From an uncultured Candidatus Rokubacteria bacterium (lineage in GTDB: Bacteria; Methylomirabilota; Methylomirabilia; Rokubacteriales; CSP1-6): a DNA stretch of 64,000 nt. Every line of letters begins with the position of its first letter. Positions within the stretch are counted from its first letter, which is position 1. Below the pieces are notes generated by a model that was given only the letters and a program-made list of their open reading frames with translations, did not search any database and was not told where the DNA came from. Position numbers and translations under genes: made by a program. The stretch is from assembly GCA_963771355.1 (NCBI GenBank), contig CAVYTA010000008.1, forward strand, positions 89,560-153,559, written 5' to 3'. This document shows positions 34,120 to 42,900 of this stretch, piece after piece.

Positions 34120-34626
34120 TCAGTAGATATGGCAGTGAGACTCACTGGTGGGCGGTTTTTCACCTTCACGAGTGAGAAGACCGCTGACTGAGAAAGCATG
34201 GCCTGCATAGGCGCCTTCGCCGAAAGCGCTCTCGCAGCTGGTACACCACACTCTGGCTGACTGGTGAGAGTGTGTCGTCTCCAGACAGAGGCTGGGCGAC
34301 TCTCGAATCGTAATAGCGCTCTCGAAATGTGACGCGCGCATAGGAGTAGATGACGTCAAAGAGGTTAGGAGCATAGCAGATATAGCGCACAGGCAGGGCG
34401 GCGGCGTAGCGGATGAACAAGACGCTGATTCAGCTCTGCGACGAGTCTGGATCTGACGGGAAGGAGGACGTCGCGGGAGAAGCGCAGGATAGTGTAGTAA
34501 GCAAGCTCATAGACGCGCGCGACCAGGTACGTAAAGACACTCTCTCTCCTCTCGCATGAATAGAGGCGCTAGAATGCGTAGCAGGACAATCTCGCAAGTA
34601 AAAGCGACAGTTGGGAGGATCGTCAT
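34120..34626 (-). pseudogene. Cassette gene: degraded paralog of the 34836-35376 hypothetical protein
   Basis: Shares FTCE, TYLVAR, ELNQR, YYDSR and FGEGAYAGHAFS with its neighbour; broken by indels and stops. Confidence 0.7.
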
Positions 34627-34764
34627 GCGTTCACTTTTCTCTCTCTGAGGAAGATGGGGGACACGGTCACTCTATGATGTGGTCAGCGCGTCGCAGCACC
34701 GACGGCAGAATGGTGACGCCGAGCGCTTGTCGGTTTTGAGATTGACCCCGCGCTCATCGGTCGG

Positions 34765-34824
34765 CCCGAACGCTCAGGATAACTTGCGGCGCGAAGCGCC
34801 GTCAGGTTCATCCTGCTGTTAGCC
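34765..34824 (-). other. attC site (60 bp)
   Basis: Minus strand GGCTAAC-AGCAGGATGAACCTG-ACGGCGCTTCGCGCCG-CAAGTTATCCTGAGC-GTTCGGG, 11 bp after the gene stop. Confidence 0.88.
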
Positions 34825-34835
34825 AGCGCTCCCGA

Positions 34836-35376
34836 TCAAGAGAACGCAGAACTCTGGAAGTAGGTCAGTCGATCTGCCCACGGCCTTCGCCCCGAAGCGG
34901 GCCATCGACCGTCGCGAATCAGCTGAGCGCCCATCGAAAAGGCATGGCCAGCGTACGCACCTTCTCCGAACCCGTTCTCGAAGTGATCCACCACGGTCTG
35001 GCCTGTGGGGGTGAGTGCCTCGTCCCCCGTCAACGACTGCACGGTCCTGGAGTCATAGTAGTGGCCCGCGGAAGACCGGATGGCCATCGGCGTTGTTGAT
35101 CTCGATGAGCCCTTGCACATAGCCGCTCATTCGCGCGGGCCGCCCGCTCGCATCACGGATGACAATCCTCTGATTCAGCTCCCCGCGGAGTCGGGCCTTG
35201 ATCGGTAGTTGAGCGCCGCCCGTGAAGCGTAACGTCGCCTCGTAGGCGATCTCATAGCCACGCGCGACCAAGTAGGTAACTCCTTGCTTATCCTCACGGA
35301 CGAACTCGGGTGCGCGGATACGGCGTAGCTCAACCTCGCAGGTGAATGGGCCAGTGGGCAAGGGTTCTGATGCCAT
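34836..35376 (-). CDS. Cassette gene: hypothetical beta-rich protein (frameshift near 35065)
   Basis: ORFs 35053-35376 and 34836-35120 join into one ~180-aa protein; GAGGGG RBS-like sequence upstream. Confidence 0.65.
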
Positions 35377-35469
35377 TGCGCGCGCCCCCTCTCGGATCGA
35401 TGTTGTGAGGCCTCATCGACTGTGATCGCCACGGTGAGCCCGCTGTCACTGGTCCTGCTGCCCTTGTCT

Positions 35470-35490
35470 GGCTAACTAGAATTATCTTGG
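35470..35490 (-). other. Candidate attI core site
   Basis: Minus strand CCAAGATAATTCTA-GTTAGCC: a GTT core preceded by an AT-rich spacer, no hairpin, at the head of the first cassette. Confidence 0.55.
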
Positions 35491-35491
35491 T

Positions 35492-35690
35492 CTGTGTAGC
35501 GTGGGGGACCAAGCGAGGGGGGCTGTGTAGCATCGTTGGGGTGGCTCCTTGTCCTTCAAGGATATCTCAGGTGGTGCGTAGTTGGTTGGAGTCTGGGGGG
35601 TGTGGCGGGACGAGATAGCTGGACCTGTGTAGCGGGGTGGAGGCTGCGGGCGTGGGGGAGGGGTCGGAACGCATCCGGCACCGTGTAGCC
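35492..35690. repeat. Four direct copies of CYGTGTAGC
   Basis: ctgtgtagc at 35492, 35523 and 35625; ccgtgtagc at 35681. Confidence 0.7.
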
Positions 35691-35799
35691 TTGCCGGCTA
35701 GGCCCCGGACTTCAAACCCCGTGATGGGCGACGCTATGCCCAAGAACCGCGGCCTACTGAATTAAATACGCGTTCGCTCCGCCACGGCGGGCGGCCCGC

Positions 35800-36438
35800 T
35801 CACACCATCAAGAGGCCTCGGCGCATCCCGATGGCCACCGCCTCGGTGCGGCTCCGCGCGCTCAGCTTGTCGAGGATCACCGCGATGTGGAACTTCACGG
35901 TGTGGGTCGAGATGCCGAGGCTCTTGCCGATGGCACGGTTGCCTAGCCCCTCGGCCATCATGCCCAGGATCTCGAGCTCGCGAGGGGTGAGCGGGTCGGT
36001 CCGGGACTCCGCCGGGGTGCGGCGAACCACCGTGTCGACGGAGACGGGGGGCGCCGACGGGTGCAGGACGACGAGACCCGCCGCCAGCGCTTCGATGCCG
36101 GCGGCGATCTCGTGAGCGGAGGCGTCCCGGGGCAGGATCGCGCGCACGCCGGCACGCAGCAGCCGGGCGAAGGCCGCCGGCGCGACGCCGCCGCCCAGCA
36201 GCATGATGGGAGGCCGGCGGGCGGTCCCCGACAGCGCGCGCAGGAAGGCCTCGACGGGCCGCGTCCCCGGGTCGATCAACAACACGTCCGCGGAGACCGC
36301 CGACCCTGCCGGGTCGCCCGTCTGGTCGGCCGCCGGGGACGGCGGCGCGGCCAGCCGCCATCCCGATCGGGCAGCGACCAGCGCTTCCAGCCGCGCCTGC
36401 GTTGTCGGGCTCGATGCGAGCACCGCGACGGCGATCAC
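35800..36438 (-). CDS. LuxR/NarL-type regulator with degenerate receiver
   Basis: LTPRELEILGMMAEGLGNRAIGKSLGISTHTVKFH HTH. Confidence 0.88.
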   Translation of the reverse strand: MIAVAVLASSPTTQARLEALVAARSGWRLAAPPSPAADQTGDPAGSAVSADVLLIDPGTRPVEAFLRALSGTARRPPIMLLGGGVAPAAFARLLRAGVRAILPRDASAHEIAAGIEALAAGLVVLHPSAPPVSVDTVVRRTPAESRTDPLTPRELEILGMMAEGLGNRAIGKSLGISTHTVKFHIAVILDKLSARSRTEAVAIGMRRGLLMV

Positions 36439-37034
36439 CGTGGGGCGCACCGCATCGCGAAGGTCTCGACCACTCGGCTCGGCACGGCCAGGGCCAGCCT
36501 GCCCGCGATCATCGCGTTGACGCCGACCACCCGTCCGCCGGCATCGGCCATGGGCCCGCCGGAGTTGCCGGGGGCGAGGCGGAGATCGGCCTGAATCCAC
36601 CGGGGCCCCGCGTGGTGGCCCGGTGCCGGCGCCGCGTGCACGATCCCCGTGACCACGGCCCCGACCAGTCCGAACGGATGGCCGACCGCCAGGACCAGCT
36701 CGCCCGCGCGAAGACGATCCGAGTCGCCCACCCGCGCGGCCGGAAGATCCCGTGCCTCCACGCGGAGCAGAGCAAGATCCAGGTCTCGGTCCCAGGCGAC
36801 GAGCGCAGCCGGCAAGCGACGCCCATCCGCCAGGACGACCTGCGCGCCGGACCGCGCCGACTCGGCCTGGGCCACGACATGAGCGCTCGTCACGATGAGC
36901 CCGTCGGAGCGCCAGATGACGCCCGACCCGCTGGTTCGCCCCCTGGATCGCAATTCCACCGTGTTCTCCCGCAGCCGACCGACGACATCGGCGAGGTCGC
37001 TCGTCAGCAGATGCGGCCGCTCCTCCACCTCCAT
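36435..37034 (-). CDS. Trypsin-like (S1C) protease without PDZ
   Basis: GSGVIW, VTSAH, DLALL, PGNSGGPM. Confidence 0.88.
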   Translation of the reverse strand: MEVEERPHLLTSDLADVVGRLRENTVELRSRGRTSGSGVIWRSDGLIVTSAHVVAQAESARSGAQVVLADGRRLPAALVAWDRDLDLALLRVEARDLPAARVGDSDRLRAGELVLAVGHPFGLVGAVVTGIVHAAPAPGHHAGPRWIQADLRLAPGNSGGPMADAGGRVVGVNAMIAGRLALAVPSRVVETFAMRCAPR

Positions 37035-37035
37035 C

Positions 37036-37935
37036 CTATCGCCCCCGGGGCGGGCGCTCGGCAAGGGTGACCGCCACGTCGAGCGGTGCGCCGGCGCGGA
37101 TCAGCGAGACCGTGACCGCGGTGCCCACTCTCCGTCCGGCGACGGCGGTCTGCACGTCATCGAGATCGTGCAGGGGCGTGCCTTCGAGGGCCACCAGCAC
37201 GTCTCCGAGCATCAGGCCGGCGCGCGCGGCGGGGCCATCCGCCACCACGCCCACGACGATGAGGCCGCGGGCGTCCGCGCCTGGCGCCAGTGGTCTCAGC
37301 GCCTCCGGGAGAGCCACCGGCTGCAGTCCGACCCCCAGATAGCCGCGGCTGACGCGTCCGGTCGCCAGCAGCTCGTCCACGACGCGGTTCACCGTCGAGG
37401 TCGGCACCGCGAGCTCGAGCTGTCGCGACAGGCCGGAGGTTACCAGCCCGGCCACCTTGCCGGACGCGTCCACGAGCGGTCCGCCCGAGAAGCCGGGATA
37501 GAGCACCAGGTCCACGCGAAGAAGGCGGTCCACCTCGCCCCCTCGCCCCGTGCGCCACGCGCCGCCGACGGCGCTCACCACGCCCCAGCTGGCGCGCGGT
37601 CCATATCCGACAGCGAGGACCAGATGGCCCACCTTGAGCTCGGCGCTGTCGCCGATCTCGGCAGCGGGCCGATCACTCTCGCCGATCCGGAGGACGGCGA
37701 GGTCGGTGCCCGGGTCGCGCCCCACGAGGGTCGCCGGCGCCGCCCGCCCGTCTGACCAGGCGACGCGGATCTCCTCGTCCACCCGGACGGTGTGCTCTGC
37801 CGTCACGACGATTCCCGGGCGCCAGAGCACCCCGGTCGACGGCAGTCGCGGGCGCGCGTGCACGGTGACGACGGCTCGAGCGGCGCGCTCGACCGCCGCC
37901 GCGAGGTCATTCGAGAGCGAAAGCAGAGTCTGCAT
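37036..37935 (-). CDS. S1C serine protease with PDZ domain
   Basis: VTAEH, TDLAVL, YPGFSGGPL, GYLGV, GPAARAGL. Confidence 0.88.
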   Translation of the reverse strand: MQTLLSLSNDLAAAVERAARAVVTVHARPRLPSTGVLWRPGIVVTAEHTVRVDEEIRVAWSDGRAAPATLVGRDPGTDLAVLRIGESDRPAAEIGDSAELKVGHLVLAVGYGPRASWGVVSAVGGAWRTGRGGEVDRLLRVDLVLYPGFSGGPLVDASGKVAGLVTSGLSRQLELAVPTSTVNRVVDELLATGRVSRGYLGVGLQPVALPEALRPLAPGADARGLIVVGVVADGPAARAGLMLGDVLVALEGTPLHDLDDVQTAVAGRRVGTAVTVSLIRAGAPLDVAVTLAERPPRGR

Positions 37936-38104
37936 TGGGATCCTCCCTTCGGAAGCCGTCGGGGCTCCCGGTCTCGAGCCCACGATGCAACGGGCCCGAC
38001 CCGCTGGGAATCGCCCGATTGGCTAGGGGGGTGCCGAGAGCGGTCTTGAACGAGGGCCTGTGCTAGCCTCCTGGCACCGAATTCCCGACAGGAGGTCAAG
38101 GCCC

Positions 38105-38902
38105 ATGGACTACGCGGACTACCAGCACCTCGTCTTCGAGCGCCGGCCCAACGGCGTGGTGCTCATCACCATCAACCGGCCGGAGGTGCTCAATGCGACC
38201 AATGACCGCCTGCACTGGGAGCTGACCCAGGTCTGGCTCACCCTGGATGCCGACGCGACGGCACGCGTCGCGGTGGTGACGGGCGCCGGCCGCGCCTTCT
38301 CGGCGGGGGGCGACCTGGACATGGTGGACGCCAACAGCCGGGACCCGAAGCGCCTGGCCCGGACCCTGCGCGAGGCCTCGGACATCGTCTACAACATGAT
38401 CAACCTCGACAAGCCCGTCATCTCCGCCATCAACGGGGTCGCGGTGGGGGCGGGCCTGGTGGTGGCTCTCCTTTCCGACATCAGCATCATGTCGGAGACC
38501 GCTCGGCTCACCGACGGCCACACGCGTCTCGGAGTCGTCGCCGGCGACCATGCCGCCATCATCTGGCCGCTCCTCTGCGGCATGGCCAAGGCCAAGTACT
38601 ACCTCCTCACCTGCGACTTCATCGACGGCCGCGAGGCCGAGCGCATCGGGCTGGTCAGCCTGTGCGTCCCGCCCGCCGAGGTGCTCCCACGGGCCTTCGA
38701 GGTGGCCGACAAGCTCGGCACCGGCGCCCAGCAGGCCATCCGCTGGACCAAGCGGTCGCTCAACAACTGGCTGCGCATGGCGGGGCCCATCTTCGACCAG
38801 TCCATCGCGCTCGAGATGCTCACCTTCATGGACGAGGACGTGCGCGAGGGCATGGCGGCGATCCGAGACAAGCGCGCGCCTCGCTTCCCCTCCGCGCGCT
38901 GA
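38105..38902 (+). CDS. Enoyl-CoA hydratase/isomerase family protein
   Basis: RAFSAGGDL, AINGVAVGAG, DGHTRLGVVAGDH. Confidence 0.92.
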   Translation: MDYADYQHLVFERRPNGVVLITINRPEVLNATNDRLHWELTQVWLTLDADATARVAVVTGAGRAFSAGGDLDMVDANSRDPKRLARTLREASDIVYNMINLDKPVISAINGVAVGAGLVVALLSDISIMSETARLTDGHTRLGVVAGDHAAIIWPLLCGMAKAKYYLLTCDFIDGREAERIGLVSLCVPPAEVLPRAFEVADKLGTGAQQAIRWTKRSLNNWLRMAGPIFDQSIALEMLTFMDEDVREGMAAIRDKRAPRFPSAR

Positions 38903-38967
38903 GACGCGGCGCGCGGGCGCCCGTCACGCCGGGGTCACGCCTGGATCTTGAGGGCGTTCCGCGAGCG

Positions 38968-38991
38968 TCATATGTTGGGTAGACGACAGAC
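38968..38991 (+). promoter_or_regulatory. Candidate operator upstream of the Crp-family gene
   Basis: TCATATGTTGGGT-AGA-CGACAGAC, repeated at 39828. Confidence 0.5.
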
Positions 38992-39098
38992 AGAGTGCCG
39001 AAGGTCGTATAGGCTACCAACACTTTTTACAGTCTGTTATCAACTGCACGGGGGCACGCTCCGTCAGCTGACAAGAGGAGGACACCCTGTCCGACGGC

Positions 39099-39803
39099 GT
39101 GAGAAGGGCCCCCTCGGTCCGCAATCGCATTCTGGTCGGGTTGCCGCGAAAAGAGTATGCGCGGATCCTTCCCGACCTGGCGCGCGTGACGCTCAAGGCC
39201 GGTCAGGTTCTCTACGAGCCGGGTGGGGTCATGCAGTCGGCATATTTCCTCGAGACGGCCACCGCCTCGATCCTCTCGATGGCCAAGGATGGAACCTCCA
39301 TCGAGGTGAGTCAGGTTGGCGACGAAGGGGTGATCGGCTTACCCATCATCCTGAGGTCTCATGGGCTCCCGTACCGCGTCATCGCCCAGGAACCGGGCGT
39401 GGCGTGGAGGATGAAGGCCGACCTGTTTCGAAAAGAATTTGATCGATGCGGTTCCCTGCACAAGTTCGTGTTGCACTACGCGCATACCTTGATCGTGCAG
39501 CTGTCTCAGTCGGCCGCCTGCAGCCAGTTCCATACCATCGGGCAACGCCTCTGCCGCTGGCTGCTGACGTCGCAGGACCGCGCGCGATCCTCTGAGATCA
39601 AGTCCACTCAAGAGCTCCTGTCGCAGATGCTGGGAGTCAATCGCAGCAGCGCCAGCCAGGCGGCCAGCGCTTTGCAGAAGGTAGGCCTGATCCGCTACCG
39701 GCGTGGCCGGATCACGATCCTGAATCGCCCCGGTATGGAAGCGGCAACCTGTGAATGTTACCAGATCGTTAAACTCGAGTTCGATCGCTACTTTCCGCCT
39801 TAG
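39099..39803 (+). CDS. Crp/Fnr-family transcriptional regulator
   Basis: NRILVGLP, VGDEG, QRLCRWLL, TQELLSQMLGVNR, IRYRRGRI, CECY. Confidence 0.92.
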   Translation: MRRAPSVRNRILVGLPRKEYARILPDLARVTLKAGQVLYEPGGVMQSAYFLETATASILSMAKDGTSIEVSQVGDEGVIGLPIILRSHGLPYRVIAQEPGVAWRMKADLFRKEFDRCGSLHKFVLHYAHTLIVQLSQSAACSQFHTIGQRLCRWLLTSQDRARSSEIKSTQELLSQMLGVNRSSASQAASALQKVGLIRYRRGRITILNRPGMEAATCECYQIVKLEFDRYFPP

Positions 39804-39827
39804 TTCCTGGCTGCCCGTCGGTGGACA

Positions 39828-39851
39828 TCATATGTTGGGTGCGCGATAGAC
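39828..39851 (+). promoter_or_regulatory. Candidate operator upstream of the CheB-CheR kinase
   Basis: TCATATGTTGGGT-GCG-CGATAGAC, second copy of the motif. Confidence 0.5.
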
Positions 39852-39960
39852 TTCCCGCCTTGTTTTCGGTACCTTTTGGTCCTTGGACATGCTACGCGAC
39901 CGCGGACCCATCGAAGTGAGAAGGACTGCCCGGCCGGCGAAGCGGAGGACCTAGCCGGAC

Positions 39961-42900
39961 ATGGCGGCGCGAAAGTCCAAGGCCCCGAGGTCGCTTCCCC
40001 AGGACCTGGGGTCTGGAGGAATCACGGCCGGGTCTTTCGAAGACGACCCGAGCCCGCGACAAGCCACCAGGCCCTTTCCCATCGTCGGTATCGGTGCTTC
40101 GGCGGGTGGGCTCGAAGCCTTCACGCAGGTCCTGCACGCTCTGCCGCGCGATACCGGAATGGCCTTCGTCCTGGTCCAGCACCTCGCCCCCAGCCACGCC
40201 AGCATGCTCACGGAGATCCTGTCCCGCGCCACCGCGATGCCGGTCACCGAGGTCATTGACCAGATGGCCGTGCAGGCGAACCACGTCTATGTCATCCCGC
40301 CGGGCGTGACGATGGGGATCGTCGCAGGCACCCTGCGCCTCACGCCCCGCCGGGAGGTCAAGGGGCAGCACCGTCCCATCGACCAATTCCTGCGCTCGCT
40401 CGCCGAGGATTGGGGTCATCGGGCCATCGGCGTGATCCTCTCCGGCAGCGCGACCGACGGCACGCTGGGACTGGAGGCGATCAAGGCCGAGGGGGGTATC
40501 ACGTTCGCCCAGGACAATACCGCCCAGCATGCGAGCATGCCGAATAGCGCGGTGGCCGCGGGCTGCGTCGATTTCGTATTGCCTCCCGCCAAGATCGCCG
40601 AGGAGATCGCCCGCATCAGCCGCCATCAGTACGTGGCGCGGGATGCGGAGAGCCACGGCGAGGCACAAGGCAGCGAGCCGAGCCTGGGTCGCATTCTCGA
40701 CCAGCTCCGGCGGGCCTCCGGCGTGGATTTCTCGCGCTACAAGAAAAATACGCTCTATCGCCGCATCACCCGCCGCGCGGTGCTGCACAAGCTTGACGGG
40801 CTGGAGGAGTATGCGCGGTTCCTCCAGAGCAATCCGGCCGAGGCGGGCGCCCTCTATCAGGATGTGCTCATCAGCGTCACGAGCTTCTTCCGCAACCCGG
40901 AGGCGTTCGAGGTGCTCAAGAGCAAGGTCTTCCCCCGGCTGGTCAAGAACCGGCAACGATATGAGCCTCTGCGCGTGTGGTCCATCGGCTGCTCGACGGG
41001 AGAGGAAGCCTATTCCATCGCGATGGCCTTCGCCGAGTTCGTGGAGCTGTCGCGCTTGGAGATCCCGCTCCAGATCTTTGCCACCGACCTGAACGGAGCC
41101 GGGGTCGAGAAGGCCCGTGCCGGTCTCTACTCGAGGACCATCGGGCAGGACATCGCGCCGGACCGGCTGCGGCGCTTCTTCTTCGAAGTTGACGGCACCT
41201 ACCGGATCAGCAAGGCCATTCGCGACTCGACCGTGTTCGCGCGGCACAACGTCTTGACGGAGCCGCCGTTCTCCCGGATCGATCTCATCAGCTGTCGCAA
41301 CCTGCTCATCTATCTCGAGCCCGCGCTTCAGCAGAAGGCCATGGGGATGATGCACTACGCCCTGATACCCCACGGGGCGCTCTGGCTGGGACACTCGGAG
41401 TCGGTCGGCCCCTACCGCGACCTCTTCGAGGTGGAGGACCCGAAGTACAAGATGTACATCAAGAAACCCGGTCCGCCCCCGCTGACGCCGCGCGTCTTCT
41501 CCGGCGACCCGCTGGTGTCGAGGCTGACCGCCGATCCGCCACCGCGCGAGCCGGGCGTCGTCGTCCAGGACGCGCACCGCGAGGCCGACCGGATTCTCCT
41601 GGCGAAGTACACCCCGGCCAGCGTGCTCGTCAATGACGACCTGGAGATCCTCCAGTTCCGTGGCGACACCGGCCGCTATCTGACCCCGGCGCCCGGCAAG
41701 GCCAGCCTCAACCTGCTCAAGATGCTCCGGGATGGCCTGCTGATCGGCGTTCGCGGAGCCCTGCACAAGGCCAAGCGGGAGGATACCTCGGTCACCGAAG
41801 GAGCCCTGCGCGTCAAGACCAGCGACGGCTCACGACAGGTCAGCGTGCACGTGATCCCCGTCAAGGGCCACCGTGGCGTCACGCCGCCGCACTTCCTGGT
41901 GCTGTTCGAGGAGACCGCGGTCCCTGCGAAGGCTCCGGCCAAGGCGGACCGGTCGGAACGGAAGCTGACCCGGCGCTCCGGGATGGCCGAGCGGAAGGCA
42001 CGCGAGGCCAGCGACGACGAGACGGCGCGCCTGGCCCAGGAGCTGGCGACGACCCGCCAGTACCTGCAGTCCGTCATCGAGCAACAGGAGGCCGCCAACG
42101 AGGAGCTGCAGTCTTCCAACGAAGAGGTGCAGTCGGCGAACGAGGAGCTGCAGAGCATCAACGAGGAGCTGGAGACCTCGAAGGAAGAGATCCAGTCGAG
42201 CAACGAGGAGCTGGCCACCCTGAACGAGGAGCTGCAGAATCGCAATGGCGAGCTTGGCCAGAGCAACGACGATTTCGTCAATCTCCTGGCGAGTGTCCAG
42301 CTGCCGATCGTGATGCTCGGGCCGGATCTCCGGATCCGGCGGTGGACCCCGATGGCCGAGAAGCTGCTCAACCTGACCGCCGCCGACATGGGTCGGCCGA
42401 TCTCCGACCTCCGGCTCGGCATCGGGTTGCCCCATCTGGGGGAGATGCTGGCCGAGGTCATGGAGACGGTCAGCGTCAAGGAGATCGAGGTCCGCGACAA
42501 GGAAGGGCGCTGGTACGTTCTGCGCCTCCGGCCATACCGGACGCTCGACAATCGAATCGACGGCGCGGTACTGGTGCTCCTGGACGTGGACGTGCTCAAG
42601 CGCAGCCAGGACACCTTGCGCCGTCAAGACGAGCTCCTGGATCAGGCGCACGAGGCGATCTTCATATGGGAGATCGACGGAGGCATCACCTACTGGAACC
42701 AGGGGGCGGAGGAGAGCTACGGCTTCACCAAGGACGAGGCCCTCGGCCGAAAACCCTACGAGCTGCTGGCCACCTCGCCGGAGCCCCGCGTGTTCCTGCA
42801 GGCCCTGCGGCAGTCTGGCCAGTGGACCGGAGAGCTGAGTCGCGCGCGGCGTGACGGGGAGCGGATCGTGGTCGAGTGCCGGATGGTCCTGGAGCCGGAG

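Noticed and set aside
42090..42240. 21-bp period repeats (aacgaggagctgcag)
   Set aside because: Ordinary NEELQS coiled-coil heptads of CheB-CheR fusion proteins.
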